Source: Raja brachyura
Taxonomy: Eukaryota
Reading direction: 5' to 3'
NCBI GenBank assembly: GCA_963514005.1
Contig: OY740814.1
Span: 17,918,001-17,982,000 of the forward strand
DNA length: 64,000 bases
Position 1 is the stretch's first letter. The number at the start of each line of letters is the position of its first letter. Below the pieces are notes generated by a model. The model was not told the origin of the DNA and ran no database searches. It worked only from the letters and a program-made list of their open reading frames with translations. Position numbers and translations under genes: made by a program. This document shows, one piece after another, positions 1 through 11,800 of the stretch.

Positions 1-292
1 AGACTATGGCCTGACTCCCTTAAGAGCCAAAAACTGAGGTGAGCTTTTCAAGGACAAAGATGCGGCAGCTCGAAGGAAGATGTTGAGGATATCTTTGGTC
101 ACAACTTTGGGGTGGAAGATTGCAACCCTCAGTCAGGAACCTGCCTTTAAACCCATTGGAACCTGCATCTCTGTAGGGAACTTCATTGTGATTTATAAAG
201 TAGGTTTTGTTTTTTGTGTGGTGAAGAATGATTGATAATCGATTTGTTCCACATGAAAACAGTCTGTGGTATATATTTTTCTTTCTTTCCAG

Positions 293-468
293 ATGACAAT
301 GTAGATGTTATCTATATTTGCCCCCTGTGGATTGGTGAGGATGTGACCCAGTACTACATGAAACTGCTTGGGCTACAAGAAAGTGTCAGATCAGGAAAAC
401 CTGAGGCGATAGTGGACATGACAAATCGTCTCAAGGTCATCACACCAGAGGCAACAAGACATTTTCCT
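293..468 (+). CDS. IQCH: IQCH internal coding exon (176 nt, phase 1 to 0)
   Basis: Acceptor ttctttccAG at 291-292, donor GTatgt at 469. Peptide (D)DNVDVIYICPLWIGEDVTQYYMKLLGLQ...KVITPEATRHFP resembles IQCH. Confidence 0.9.
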
Positions 469-704
469 GTATGTTTCTCCAGTAACTGTAAACTGTTTTA
501 TGGCAGGGAGTGGGGGAGGTGAATGTCAAGGTATGTGGAAGAAAAATGTGAAAAGAAACAAAGATTATGAAGTGAAATTAAGCACATCAACCCTGATCTA
601 TTGAATGGAGAAACAGGTTTGATGGACTTATTATGTTCAACTGCATCTACAGAATTGTCTTTTCCATTTATTTATTAATTTTCTACTTCCTCCATATTTA
701 TTGA

Positions 705-960
705 CAAGGCCAGCATTTATTGCCTATCGCTAATTGCTTGAACCATTTTGAGACTCTGCTTCCAAATTGAAGTTGGATAGGGAGTTAAACAATTTAGAGA
801 TGGGAACCTTGAAGGACCATTAATATACTTCCAAGTCAGGATAGTGTATGACTTGGAGATGAACCTGCAGGCGGTGATCTCCCCACAGGAAGATAAGAGT
901 TTATAAATGTATAGACTTATTCATTTTGAGACCTACAAATTGATGTAGGGGTTGGTTGGG
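705..960 (-). mobile_element. Old CR1/L2-type LINE 3' relic
   Basis: aggccagcatttattgcctatc...ttccaagtcaggatagtgtatgacttggag; related decayed sequence recurs near 26590-27250 and 49820-50220. Confidence 0.45.
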
Positions 961-1133
961 ATTGGGACATGTGACATGGTGGAATGAGTTGACCATTTGT
1001 AACTCGCAGGACTCCAGATTGATTACAACCAGGTCTTGCCCTAAGACTTGCCCTCTCCTTGATGAACAAAGTGCAAATTAAAAGTACTCAGAAAGGGTAC
1101 AAAGTCATTTTAATTATCACTTTAGATATCCTT

Positions 1134-1865
1134 TACAATACAATAATACTTTATTAGCCAACATATGAGGAATTTAATTTGCCAAGTCAGTCATACAAAT
1201 AAACAGAACACACAAAATACATTTTAACAAAAACATCCACCACAGTGACTACTCCACATTCCTCAATGTGATGGAAGGCAAAAAAAAGTTCAATCTCTTC
1301 CCTACTTTGTTCTCCCATGGTCTGGGGCCTCGAGCCTTCCGTTGCCGGGATGATCTTACTCCGGTAGTCGGTGGTCGGGCCCTCCGTGCCGTGGAGATCA
1401 AGCTCTCGCACCAGGGGGGATCTCAGCTCCCCCGCGCCGGCAATCGGACCCCGGGGCGTGGCTTGTCGAACCTTCTGTGTCGTTGGAGCTCCCGACCCGA
1501 CGGTCTCTACCCGAGACTGCGAGCTCTCGATGGTAAAGTCAGCAGGCTGCTGTTGGAGCGATCCCAGGCAAGGGATCGGCTCCGATGGTAAGTCCGTGTT
1601 CCGTGGGGGGGGCTCAAAGTCAGTCCCGAGCAAGGCCTCCAGCTCCATGATGTTAGGCCGCAGAGCGACCGGAGATACGACCCGGAAAACAATCGCACTC
1701 CGGCAGGGTAAAAGATTGAAAAAAAGTTTCCTCCGACCCCCTACTCCCACATAAAACAAACCAGAGAACATTTGCACAAACTTTTAAAACACACTAAAAA
1801 TAACAAAAAAGACGAAAAAACAGACAGACTGTTGGCAAGGCTGCCAATAGTGTGGTGCCCCTCAT
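1134..1865 (-). mobile_element. GC/CpG-rich non-autonomous retroelement with Rex/Babar-type 3' tail, copy 1
   Basis: The reverse complement closely matches 38905-39322 and is related to 63528-64000. It ends in aataaag plus a (tattg)n tail. Confidence 0.75.
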
Positions 1866-3446
1866 GGGAAAAACACAAAGTTATAGAAACTCTGGAAGAT
1901 AAAGGAAAAATAAAACATTGTTTTAGGTGCAAAGTCAGAACAGCTGAAAATTATTTGTGGGGCTGAGAGTTGCATAACAATTAAAATCATTTTTCTTAAA
2001 CACAATCTGAACTTTTTTGTGTTACACTATCAGACCCACTTTCAGACTCACTTGCATGCTTAGCTGCTTTGAGCAGTGGTGAGATTACGCTTAGTTGTAT
2101 TGAGCAGTGTTTTGTTTTCCCCTGCCCCTCCTCTGACTCCCACCTGCAATCTCTGCCTCCCCAGTCAGCAATCTCCAGGGGTCAATGGCCTAGAATTTGA
2201 CAGTCAGCAGCAGAGTCTCCCACTTTCTTGGTGGCTTGCTGTGGTACTCCCTTTCCTTTGATAATATGATGTTGTCCTGGTATGCTCACAGAGTCTGTCC
2301 CTTCAACAGTTTTAATTCACAATGTATGTCTCCTACACTATGTAATTACAGTGAAATTAGCTCAAATGAGTTTGTTGCACGTATTTTATGTTTATTTCCC
2401 TTGTAGATTGGGTAGGTAAAAGCACTGCTGGCTATAGTATTAAACCATGCAGACCAGCAGGACCTTGGTTTGACCCATTTGCTTTGTTCATTTTCACTGT
2501 TTTGTAACAGTTGATGAACAATCAGTGTCTTGCCCTAAATGATGGTTCTTCATGTGTGGTCTGAGACAATGAATGTTAATAAGCTGTTGAGCTGGAGAGG
2601 GAATCACGTTTGGGCCCCAGCTTGTGCTCACACAAACTCTTTGCCAAACAGTGATACGCATTACAAATTAAGAGCTGTAAACTCTACCTGAGGTTTTTAT
2701 GAAGCCTTCTCTTCTCACTGATGCTGGAATGCTGAGTAATTTGTAATTCATCAAATGTTGCTTGGCTAACACAAGATTAATTTAGAATTTAAACTGAAAT
2801 TAAATGCTCCCTGTAGCATCCGATCAGGCACCCTTATCTGCAACCATCGAACAAGCAGCCATTTTCTCTTTAACAAATATTATACACAATCTCTTCACAA
2901 AATATTTGGGAGAATTTATTGGAAAGATTAATTAATGGCGCATGGCACAGCACGTATTATGAACAGAAATATGTTACAGACAGGTAACCAGTAGGTGGGT
3001 GTATGTATTTGTGTGTGTGTGTGTTTTTTTAATGTCACTGCAATCCGGCTGATGCATTTTTTGTTAGTTATTTGTATTGATTTTTTCCAAGCTTTAGTCT
3101 TAAACTGTGCCACAACTGTCTTTTAGATAAATCACTGTTATTGAAGGCTGCCAGCATCTTTTCATGCGACAGAAGGGTAATTCCACGTGGATCAAATAAA
3201 TACAGATGTGTAGTAATTAGTTGAATTCCCAAGGAACCCATTTACGATGCACTAAAAATGTGAAGGATTATGGAACCGTTGTGAGTCTCCACACTGGTGG
3301 CTTTTATCAATTTAAACTGCTAAACTATAGCTCTGGTCACAACCTAGTCTACTATTAATAATGTATTTGTTGTGTACAGCATAATAAATTAGGCCTTGGG
3401 AGTAGAAAAGGATACAATCTAACAAGAGTAATGTCACTATTCACAG

Positions 3447-3719
3447 ACCCACCACTTGTGCCTGGCCACTCATCTGAAATACAGTCCCCAGGCAATAAAG
3501 CGAATAAAAAATCTTATTGAAGGCAAGCCTGCATACATCGTTGGTGGATTGCTTCACCAGGATGACTTAGCTGTTGCAGATATGCTAAATGTACCAATCC
3601 TGGGCCCAGAGCCGGAAGTGGCCCATTTGTACAGTACCAAGTCTGGAAGTAAAAGAATTTTTACAAGTGCATCTGTGCCAATGCCACCTGGAGAATATGA
3701 TATTTACAGACGTCAGCAG
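3447..3719 (+). CDS. IQCH: IQCH internal coding exon (273 nt, phase 0 to 0)
   Basis: Acceptor tcacAG, donor GTatgt. [34 protein letters not shown]...[12 protein letters not shown]...[12 protein letters not shown] is a characteristic IQCH segment. Confidence 0.93.
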
Positions 3720-4494
3720 GTATGTTACCATTATATTCTTGCATTGCATTCAATGCATTCCATCATATCCTACATGTTTTTATGTTACTTTGTTTTCATA
3801 TATGAACATATTTTGAATGCATAGTTCATGTCATTTTTACATGCTAACTTTTTGGGAAGATTGTTGGCTCACTGATTCACCATCAGCAGTAGGTCAAAGT
3901 TACCAGATGGTATAGAACAATATAACAGAGGAACAGGACCTTCAGTCCACAATGTCTGTGCTGATATGGAGAATTTCACCTCATCCTGCCTCAGCGAGCA
4001 ATTTACTTTGAACACATTATTCTCCTTCCCAAGGGCCTTTAATTGTATTTGTCAGGCCATGCTATTTCAATTGACAATGTGTAAGATCCTCAACACTCTT
4101 TTTTGTGTTGCTCATTACTCATTGTGAAAAAAACAAAACAATTTTAGTAATCCACACATTCTTGAGTCAAAGTGTGGGAATTTTCTGTTTCAATGTGGAG
4201 GACAGCCCTCACCTGGAGTAAAAATCTAGAGGTTGCACATTGCCAATCCCTGGATGAAAGTCAAGGATCACTGGCACCTGTTTTTTAATAGTGCATGATG
4301 CTATTATAAAGTTTTATTGTGTTGCAGAGCTACGTGGTTCCAACAGTTCAACAGCGACCAAACTACTTTGTCTGTCAACTGCTCTGGGATGTTCAGTTTC
4401 ACCTACCAACTCATTTTCTCCATCCATTACCTTCACCCCCCACCCCCACCACCACCAGGGTTGTCTGAGGGCCGTTCATTACTTCATTGCAGAG

Positions 4495-5330
4495 ATGCTG
4501 AACCAGTCTTCAGCGTTTTGCTGAATCTATTTTTACAAGGTGTAGCTATGGGAAATCTCATAAGCCCAAGGTACGCCTAGCTGTTCGTAGAAGACATGGA
4601 CTAATCCTTATTTCAGACGTATTCAGGTGTCCTCCATATTTTTCTACTTCCATTGATGACTATATTAACACAGTTTTCTGCATTAGTGTATAACTTAAAC
4701 ATCTCATTACTTTTGCTGCGTATTTCTGCTTTTACATTCACATGGTCAATATCTGACCTTCTGTTTCTTGACATGTTCATCTCCATCCAGAGATAGTTTA
4801 GCTGCCAATATCCATTTTAAGCCCACCAACTCCCAGCATTCTTGACTACATTTCCATTCCTGTTTCCTGTTAGAACTCCACTCCATTCATCCACAGTCTC
4901 TGCTCCAATTATTTTCCATGCTAATGCCCCTTTGAGATGTTTTCCTTCTTCCCCCTAGTATTCCCTCTACCCTGATTATGAAGGCTTTCAACCATAACTC
5001 CTTGATCTCCCACAGTTTTTCTCTTCCCACCGTGAGCCATGAGAAGGTTTCCTTTGATCTTGGTAAGTATCCACTCTCCTCAACATTTGAGAGCGGTATC
5101 ATCCATAACTTTCCCTATCTCCAATATGATTCCTCCACCTGACACATTTTCCCCACCCCTTCCATTTCAGCATTCTGAGGGACATTTTCTTTGTGACTCT
5201 CTGTAATATTTCTCTTCTATCCCTAGCAAATGCTCCCCTTTTTACAGCACGTTTCCTTGCAGGAATTTGCAATTTAGATGTGATTATAGTGTATTTTTCT
5301 GTCAGCACTGGGATTGAAATTCATAGATGA
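4495..5330 (+). mobile_element. Degenerate Penelope-like element, RT region
   Basis: QGVAMGNLISPRYA (PLE-type G-x-A-M-G motif), attgatgac (IDD) near 4653, multiple stops. Confidence 0.65.
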
Positions 5331-6472
5331 GTGAAAGTCAATAGATAAGGGCCACAACATTACATTTTGCTTTGCATCTATAACTGGTACCTCTGCTATA
5401 AGTGTACCTGTGGAGAAAGACCTTCCTGGGAAATAAGAGCAGAAAATACAGGAGTTGGAATCACTTGTCAATCAATATCTGGAAGTGAAGGAAAGGTTAA
5501 ATGTTTTGATTGGATCCTTTCATTTGGACATGACTGAAGTGCTATGTTTTTTTCCCCATATTATCAATTTTTTCAAATGCATTCTCCATCATCCAAGTTT
5601 CCATTTAATCTCCTGAGGATCTAGTATAAATTAGTTTACCAAAAAAGAGGATCATTTTCATGATGAGAAATCACAGCAATAGACTTGCTTGTCCAGTTTC
5701 AGCATACAGGCCAATATTTAGACAGTCATCCTACAGAGTAAATCTTTGTTTTGTGTGTTTAAGCACATTTTGATTGCGGAGTTTGGTCAATATATCCCTG
5801 CAGCTACGCATTCTTGAACACAGAAAAATGAAGATGAACAACTATTCTATATTTTCCATGTTACGTTTTTTGTAAAACAAATAAGATGACTAGTCTTTTC
5901 CCCCCCCAGGCCTCACTACATTTATGTTTAAATGTGGCAAGCATCTTCTCCAAAATTATATCACAGAATGGCTCTACTGGATATTTCTGAATATTCACAT
6001 ATGTACTCTTCCTCTGGGATAAATTCAAAAAGATGTTGGTTGTACAAGAAAAACATTTTTGTGTAATATTTATTGTTACAGTCTGGAGTTAGAGAATGAA
6101 GAATTTCTTCATGCTGTCCTTTTGAATAAAGCATCTTTTGTCGATTTTACATTGCAACTAATCTGAGTATCTTAGATGTAATTGTAATGGCAAATTATTT
6201 ATAATAGGTCCAAACATTTCTTTATAATCATTACTTTGTTCAGGCAAAAAAACAGTCTGTCTCTTCCACTCGCTGCTTGTTCTTTTAGTTAAATTCATAT
6301 TTGTCACCCATTTTAATTCCTATATTAGTTCTCAGTCTGTCAACATCTCAATTTAAATTTTTTTTACTGTTACTTTTTATTTTTGATTCATTTATTTACC
6401 ACCAACTTTCTTGCTTTTCCTGTCATGTTCTTCTTGTCATTTCCTGGCATAATTTCTCTATGTAGTTCTTTC

Positions 6473-6672
6473 NNNNNNNNNNNNNNNNNNNNNNNNNNNN
6501 NNNNNNNNNNNNNNNNNNNNNNNNNNNNNNNNNNNNNNNNNNNNNNNNNNNNNNNNNNNNNNNNNNNNNNNNNNNNNNNNNNNNNNNNNNNNNNNNNNNN
6601 NNNNNNNNNNNNNNNNNNNNNNNNNNNNNNNNNNNNNNNNNNNNNNNNNNNNNNNNNNNNNNNNNNNNNNNN
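6473..6672. other. Assembly gap (200 N)
   Basis: Run of N. Confidence 1.
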
Positions 6673-7412
6673 CTCCCCCCCCCTCTCCCCCCCCCTCTCC
6701 CCCCCCCCTCTCCCCCCCCCCTCTCCCCCCCCCCCTCTCCCCCCCCCTCTCCCCCCCCCTCCCCCCCCCTCTCCCCCCCCCTCCCCCCCCCTCTCCCCCC
6801 CCCCCTCCCCCTCTCCCCCCCCCTCTCCCCCCCCCCTCTCCCCCCCCCTCTCCCCCCCCCTCTCCCCCCCCCCTCTCCCCCCCCCTCTCCCCCCCCCTCT
6901 CCCCCCCCCTCTCCCCCCCCCTCTCCCCCCCCCCTCTCCCCCCCCCTCTCCCCCCCCCTCTCCCCCCCCCTCTCCCCCCCCCCTCTCCCCCCCCTCTCCC
7001 CCCCCTCTCCCCCCCCTCTCCCCCCCCCTCTCCCCCCCCCCTCTCCCCCCCCCTCTCCCCCCCCCTCTCCCCCCCCCTCTCCCCCCCCCTCTCCCCCCCC
7101 CTCTCCCCCCCCTCTCCCCCCCCCTCTCCCCCCCCCTCTCCCCCCCCCTCTCCCCCCCCTCTCCCCCCCCCTCTCCCCCCCCCTCTCCCCCCCCCCCTCT
7201 CCCCCCCCCTCTCCCCCCCCTCCCCCCCCCCTCTCCCCCCCCCTCTCCCCCCCCTCTCCCCCCCCCTCTCCCCCCCCCCTCTCCCCCCCCCCCCTCCCCC
7301 CCCCCCTCCCCCCCCCCTCCCCCCCCCCCCTCTCCCCCCCCCCCTCTCCCCCCCCCCCTCTCCCCCCCCCCTCTCCCCCCCCCCTCTCCCCCCCCCCCCC
7401 CCCCCGCCCCCC
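6673..7412. repeat. Polypyrimidine minisatellite, roughly (CTCTCCCCCCCC)n
   Basis: About 740 bp of almost only C and T, abutting the gap. It produces the spurious Pro-rich and Gly-rich ORFs. Confidence 0.95.
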
Positions 7413-7752
7413 GGTCGCTTCACATATTGCAGCAATGATAGTGCCATTCAGCTACATGGCTAGTAAGAGGTCGCTTAAGAAATCTATGAAATCATGATAG
7501 ATCACAAGCAGCTAGAAAATGGACAGCAGAATTGTGAATGAGCTTGCTAAAGCCAATGGAAGATGGCAGGTACACAATGAATATATTTGCCACCTACAGG
7601 TTATCTTCAAATACAAGGTAATGAGGACGTTTGTTGTTGTTTGAAAATGTTGTTTCTAACCCATTAAAATCTGTTGATTGAAATATTGGTCATAAATAGG
7701 AATTTAATAACTTAAAATGCACCTTATGATGAGAAAATTCTATTTTTTTCAG

Positions 7753-7944
7753 ATGCGTGAAGTCCTTGTTCGGCTTATTATTGAAAACCTGGAAATTAAA
7801 CGTTGGCTCTTCAAAGTGGACACTGAGTTTGGTGGACGAGGTACTGCATATTTTGATGTCACTCACCTCCCATGTTATCATCAAACTCTAATGGAATTTA
7901 AGAAAGTTGGCCCTACTGTATGGCTGAAGAGGAAATGGATGCAG
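7753..7944 (+). CDS. IQCH: IQCH internal coding exon (192 nt, phase 0 to 0)
   Basis: Acceptor tttttttcAG, donor GTacat. Peptide MREVLVRLIIENLEIKRWLFKVDTEFGGRGTAYFDV...KRKWMQ. Confidence 0.92.
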
Positions 7945-10317
7945 GTACATGCACTATGATTTCAATATCTAATGTAGTGGGGTCAGGGTATTTAGGCACA
8001 GCAGTTGTGAATAAAATATTTACCTTGTGACAATATCTATTTATTTTTCAAAGATTACTGCAACAAAAATACATGTGCGTTACCGATTTTTAATTTGCAC
8101 CTCAACTTAAAACCCAAAGGAAAACTGTTTTCATGAGACATTACCCTTTGCTGCCCTTTCACCAAAATATTTTACCAAATTATTGCATCAGCAGTCCGTA
8201 ACCAATTGGTATATTTGTGATTATCTTGATGTTATAATCGAATTGTGTACCTAAATGTAAGTGAAAGGTTTATTAATCTTTTTAATTTAATCTTTCCTCA
8301 AATGATCTAGAACTTGCATAAACCCTTTTTCCCCATATCCTTCCTGTTTGAAATATTCATCTATTTTTACATCCAATGATGCTGTGATCCCTTCCTCAAT
8401 TACTTGGGTGAAAAAAAGTTTCATCCTCCAACTCTTGTCTGTGTTTTCCCCAGACCCACCTCCTCACAATTTGAAATTGTGATAATTGTTCAGGCTACAG
8501 CCTCTGAACAGGTAACCATTTCACCATTGTCTTTGACATCCTTGGTATTGGTATTAACTTATAATTATTAAGTGTTACATCTGGCTTCCTGGTACCATCG
8601 CAACAACCTAGAGCTCAATGCTCTTAAGACAGTGGAATTGATTGTAGACTTTAGGAGAGCTTCCCCTCCCCTCACCCCACTCACCATCAACAACACCACA
8701 GTCACATCTGTAGAGTATTTTACTTCGGAGTCACATGAGTGACTTTGTGAAGACCCTGCCAGCACGCATACGCGACATATCGTCGACCGCATACGAAGCG
8801 ACAGGCAGGGAGGAGGGTCGCTCCTCTACTGCAACGGACCTGCTGGTAAGGAAAACTAACCTGCGGTCGTTTTTTCTTCACCCATGGACTCTGTGCAACA
8901 GAGTACTCCACCAACGGGCTGCTTCGAGACTGACTGCGGGCCGCAGGATGCGGGCAGTCGGCAGCGGCAGCAACAGACCGGAGTCGGACAAGCCCGTTGA
9001 CTCTGGAGGGTCCGGGCTCACAGACTCGCCGTCCATAGCGACGGCAAAGCGGCAGCCCGACTCAACACCGCAGCCCGCAGGATACTGCGGACTGTCGGCG
9101 TGAATTCACCGGGAAGTGGGGCTTACAGACTCGCCATTCGCAGTTAGCGATGGCAGAGCGGCAGCCCGACTCAACACCGCAGGATCACCGCGGGCTGACG
9201 GCAACGCTACCCAGAAGTCGGGCAAGCTCCTGACCCAGGAGAGTCCGGGCTCGGACACTGCCATTCGCGGGTAGCGAAGGCAGAGTAGGAGCTCCAACTC
9301 AACACCGCAGGAATACCACAGACTGACGGCAACGCTACCCGGTAGAGGTAGCGAAGACAGAGCCTAAACATAGGGACAGTGGCATGAAGGTGCGTAAACG
9401 TGTTCCCCGCTCTGCGGCACGTTTTGTCTCCCCTCCTATGCAGGCCACCTGAGGGCGGACCAGGGGAAGAACCACACTATGGTCGAAAAGCCCCGCTGCA
9501 GCGGCTGACGTCGACTTGCCACCGGAGCAGTCCGCAAGATCGCGGACCGGTGAGGGATCGAGGTCTGAGTCTGGGAGCCCTGCTGGTGAGTCGGCCAGCG
9601 CAGACTCACCACCGGGGGAGCCTGCCAGATCGCGGGCCGGTGGTAAATCATCTCGGTCACCGCACCCCACGTTAGCGGCTGGACATGACCAAACGTCGCC
9701 TTGTCCCGGGGGAAGACGGGTGGCAAGCCCGTGCGGATATCGGTGAACCCTGCTTCGGTGGCTGGAACCGACACCTCACCGCTCATGTCTTTCCAGACGA
9801 CAGGCGGGCCGCCACAGTCCGGAAGACCGCGGACTAGCGGCATGTCCATGCGGGAGTCGCATAGCCCCGCTGGAGCGGCAGGCAGTGACATCCTGCCTAG
9901 GCACCCTAGACATCACCTAGACGAGGTGCGGGCCGATGGCAGAAGCCTCAGTAGTTCAGGAGAACCTGAGGAAGTCGACTTGCTGTCCGCAGATGCGGCG
10001 GCGGTCGCATGGAGCGCATGATGAAGCGACTCCTTGAGCGAGATCTCCCGCAGCAGGATCGGATGTCCTCAAGTCCAGGAGACATGCATCTGGGCCACCC
10101 AGCGTATCCCCTTCATCGGTGGGGAGTGCCAGGAGTCAGCAGTTGGCTGATGTTGAAGAGGGATTGGCTGCAGGAACAGGTCTGACCGAGGAATGAACAA
10201 ATGCAAGACCCGAACAACTGTGTTTCGCTGAACGTGCCGACAGTCAACACGCCCATCTGGGGCAACATCAGTCCAGGGATTAGGGCACAGGAGCTCAAAC
10301 TTCAATAAATCCTGGAA

Positions 10318-10830
10318 TTGTTTACGTCGGGAATCACTGCCTTTGCCAGGTCGATTGACGGCACGGAGATGGCGGAGGAGCAGGAAGATGCTCTTGCGCT
10401 ACTGTGTAACACACAGTACGAGATAAACTCCTTCCGGGAAATCTCCATCAAACCAACTCACAACCCAAAATTTGCGGGTTTGTGCAAAACCTCTGCTACG
10501 CCGCCACCGAGACAGTTGTTCGGTGAAGACCTGCCAAAACGGGTAAAAGACCTGGACAAGGAAGCAAAAGCGGTCGGGTTGATCAAACCACCATCCTCGA
10601 GCAGGCCACTGGCGTATCACAGACAGCATCCTTACGCTACGTCTAACAGGCCTCGGGTTCAACCCGACAGGGCTATCAGAACCTATCCACCGGTCGCACC
10701 CTATCTACAAAAGCCTTTTAGGCAGGGCCCACAGCGACCAGCGTGGAAGATGCGCCAACCCCACATCCCAGCAACACTACGAACCAAAAACGCCCAGAAT
10801 ATCAAGGCCGCCGGTAACGATGGGGGTAAG
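10318..10830 (+). pseudogene. DIRS gag C-terminal region
   Basis: ALLCNTQYEINSFREISIKP...LCK...QLFGEDLPKRVKDL is typical of DIRS1 gag; the upstream part is frameshifted. Confidence 0.7.
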
Positions 10831-10871
10831 GGGGTCTGGTTCTCTTGGAAGTGCTGCATGCATACCCTCAC

Positions 10872-11800
10872 AAGTAGGAGGGAGGTTACATACATTCTGG
10901 GATGCATGGGTTTCTGATTGTCACTATCCCAGGGAACAAAGCAATAGACATAATAGAGGCATGTAACAGCCTTGCTCGCGCCAGGAAATTTACTATTAGA
11001 CATGCTGCTAAGGTAATTGGTAAACTTGTAGCTACATTCCAGCAGCACAATTTGGGCCGTTACACTATCAAAGCTTGCAAAGAGCAAAAATCTCAGCATT
11101 AAAAGTGAATGCTGGGCATCTTTACAGACCTATGCAGCTGCCAAACAAGGCATAAATTGAGCTACAATGGTGGATTAGCAATGTTTGTGATTGTTTAATC
11201 CCATCATTACATCAAACCCATCAGTCGTGTTACAAACCGATGCAAGTGCCAAGGGCTGGGGAGCTACCGACACCACTTCCAGTTGGGGTGGTAGATGGGA
11301 TTTGCACGAGTCTACTCTTCTTCAATCACAAGGTAATAAACTATTTAGAAATGCTGGGAGCATGTCACGGGCTGCGGGCTTACTGCACTAATCTGCATCA
11401 TACGCATGTCCATCTTCAAAAGAAATAATACCACTGAGGTGGCATATTTATACCATATGGGTGGTATCAAGTCAATATCTTGTGATGAATTGGCAAAAAT
11501 TAATTTGGCTCTGGTGTATTGAAAGAAATATTTGGATATCAGCTACGTACCTTCCGGTTAAGCTCCATACAGTGGCGGACACCAGGTCACGAGTATTTAA
11601 TAACGACATCAAGTGGATGTTGAACATCCAAATATTTGCTAAAATGATAGCCAAATATGGAACACCAGATATCGACCTCTTTGCGTCCAGGTTGAACCAT
11701 CAGATACCAACATATGTCTCTTGGGAACCAGATCCTGGGGCAGTGGCGATGGACATGTTCTCGCAACGATGGGGGAAATGGGTTTTCTATGCCTTCTCCC
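10872..11800 (+). pseudogene. DIRS pol remnant: pol start, RT thumb, RNase H and start of the methyltransferase-like domain, frameshifted
   Basis: VGGRLHTFWDAW jumps directly to VTIPGNKAIDIIEAC...AKVIGKLVA (no YxDD core). Then TDAS, IWISATYLP, VADTRSR, DLFASRLN. Confidence 0.8.

Noticed and set aside
1187-1777. 196-aa ORF and overlapping ORFs
   Set aside because: They lie in a GC-rich repeat, are open in several frames on both strands, show no domain, and the frame is not kept in copy 2.
6383-7447. 351-aa Pro-rich and 329-aa Gly-rich ORFs
   Set aside because: They are translations of a C/T minisatellite plus an N gap, not genes.
9014-9860. Repeat-spacer-like periodicity resembling a CRISPR array
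   Set aside because: Units are long, degenerate and contiguous inside a eukaryotic retrotransposon, and there are no cas genes.
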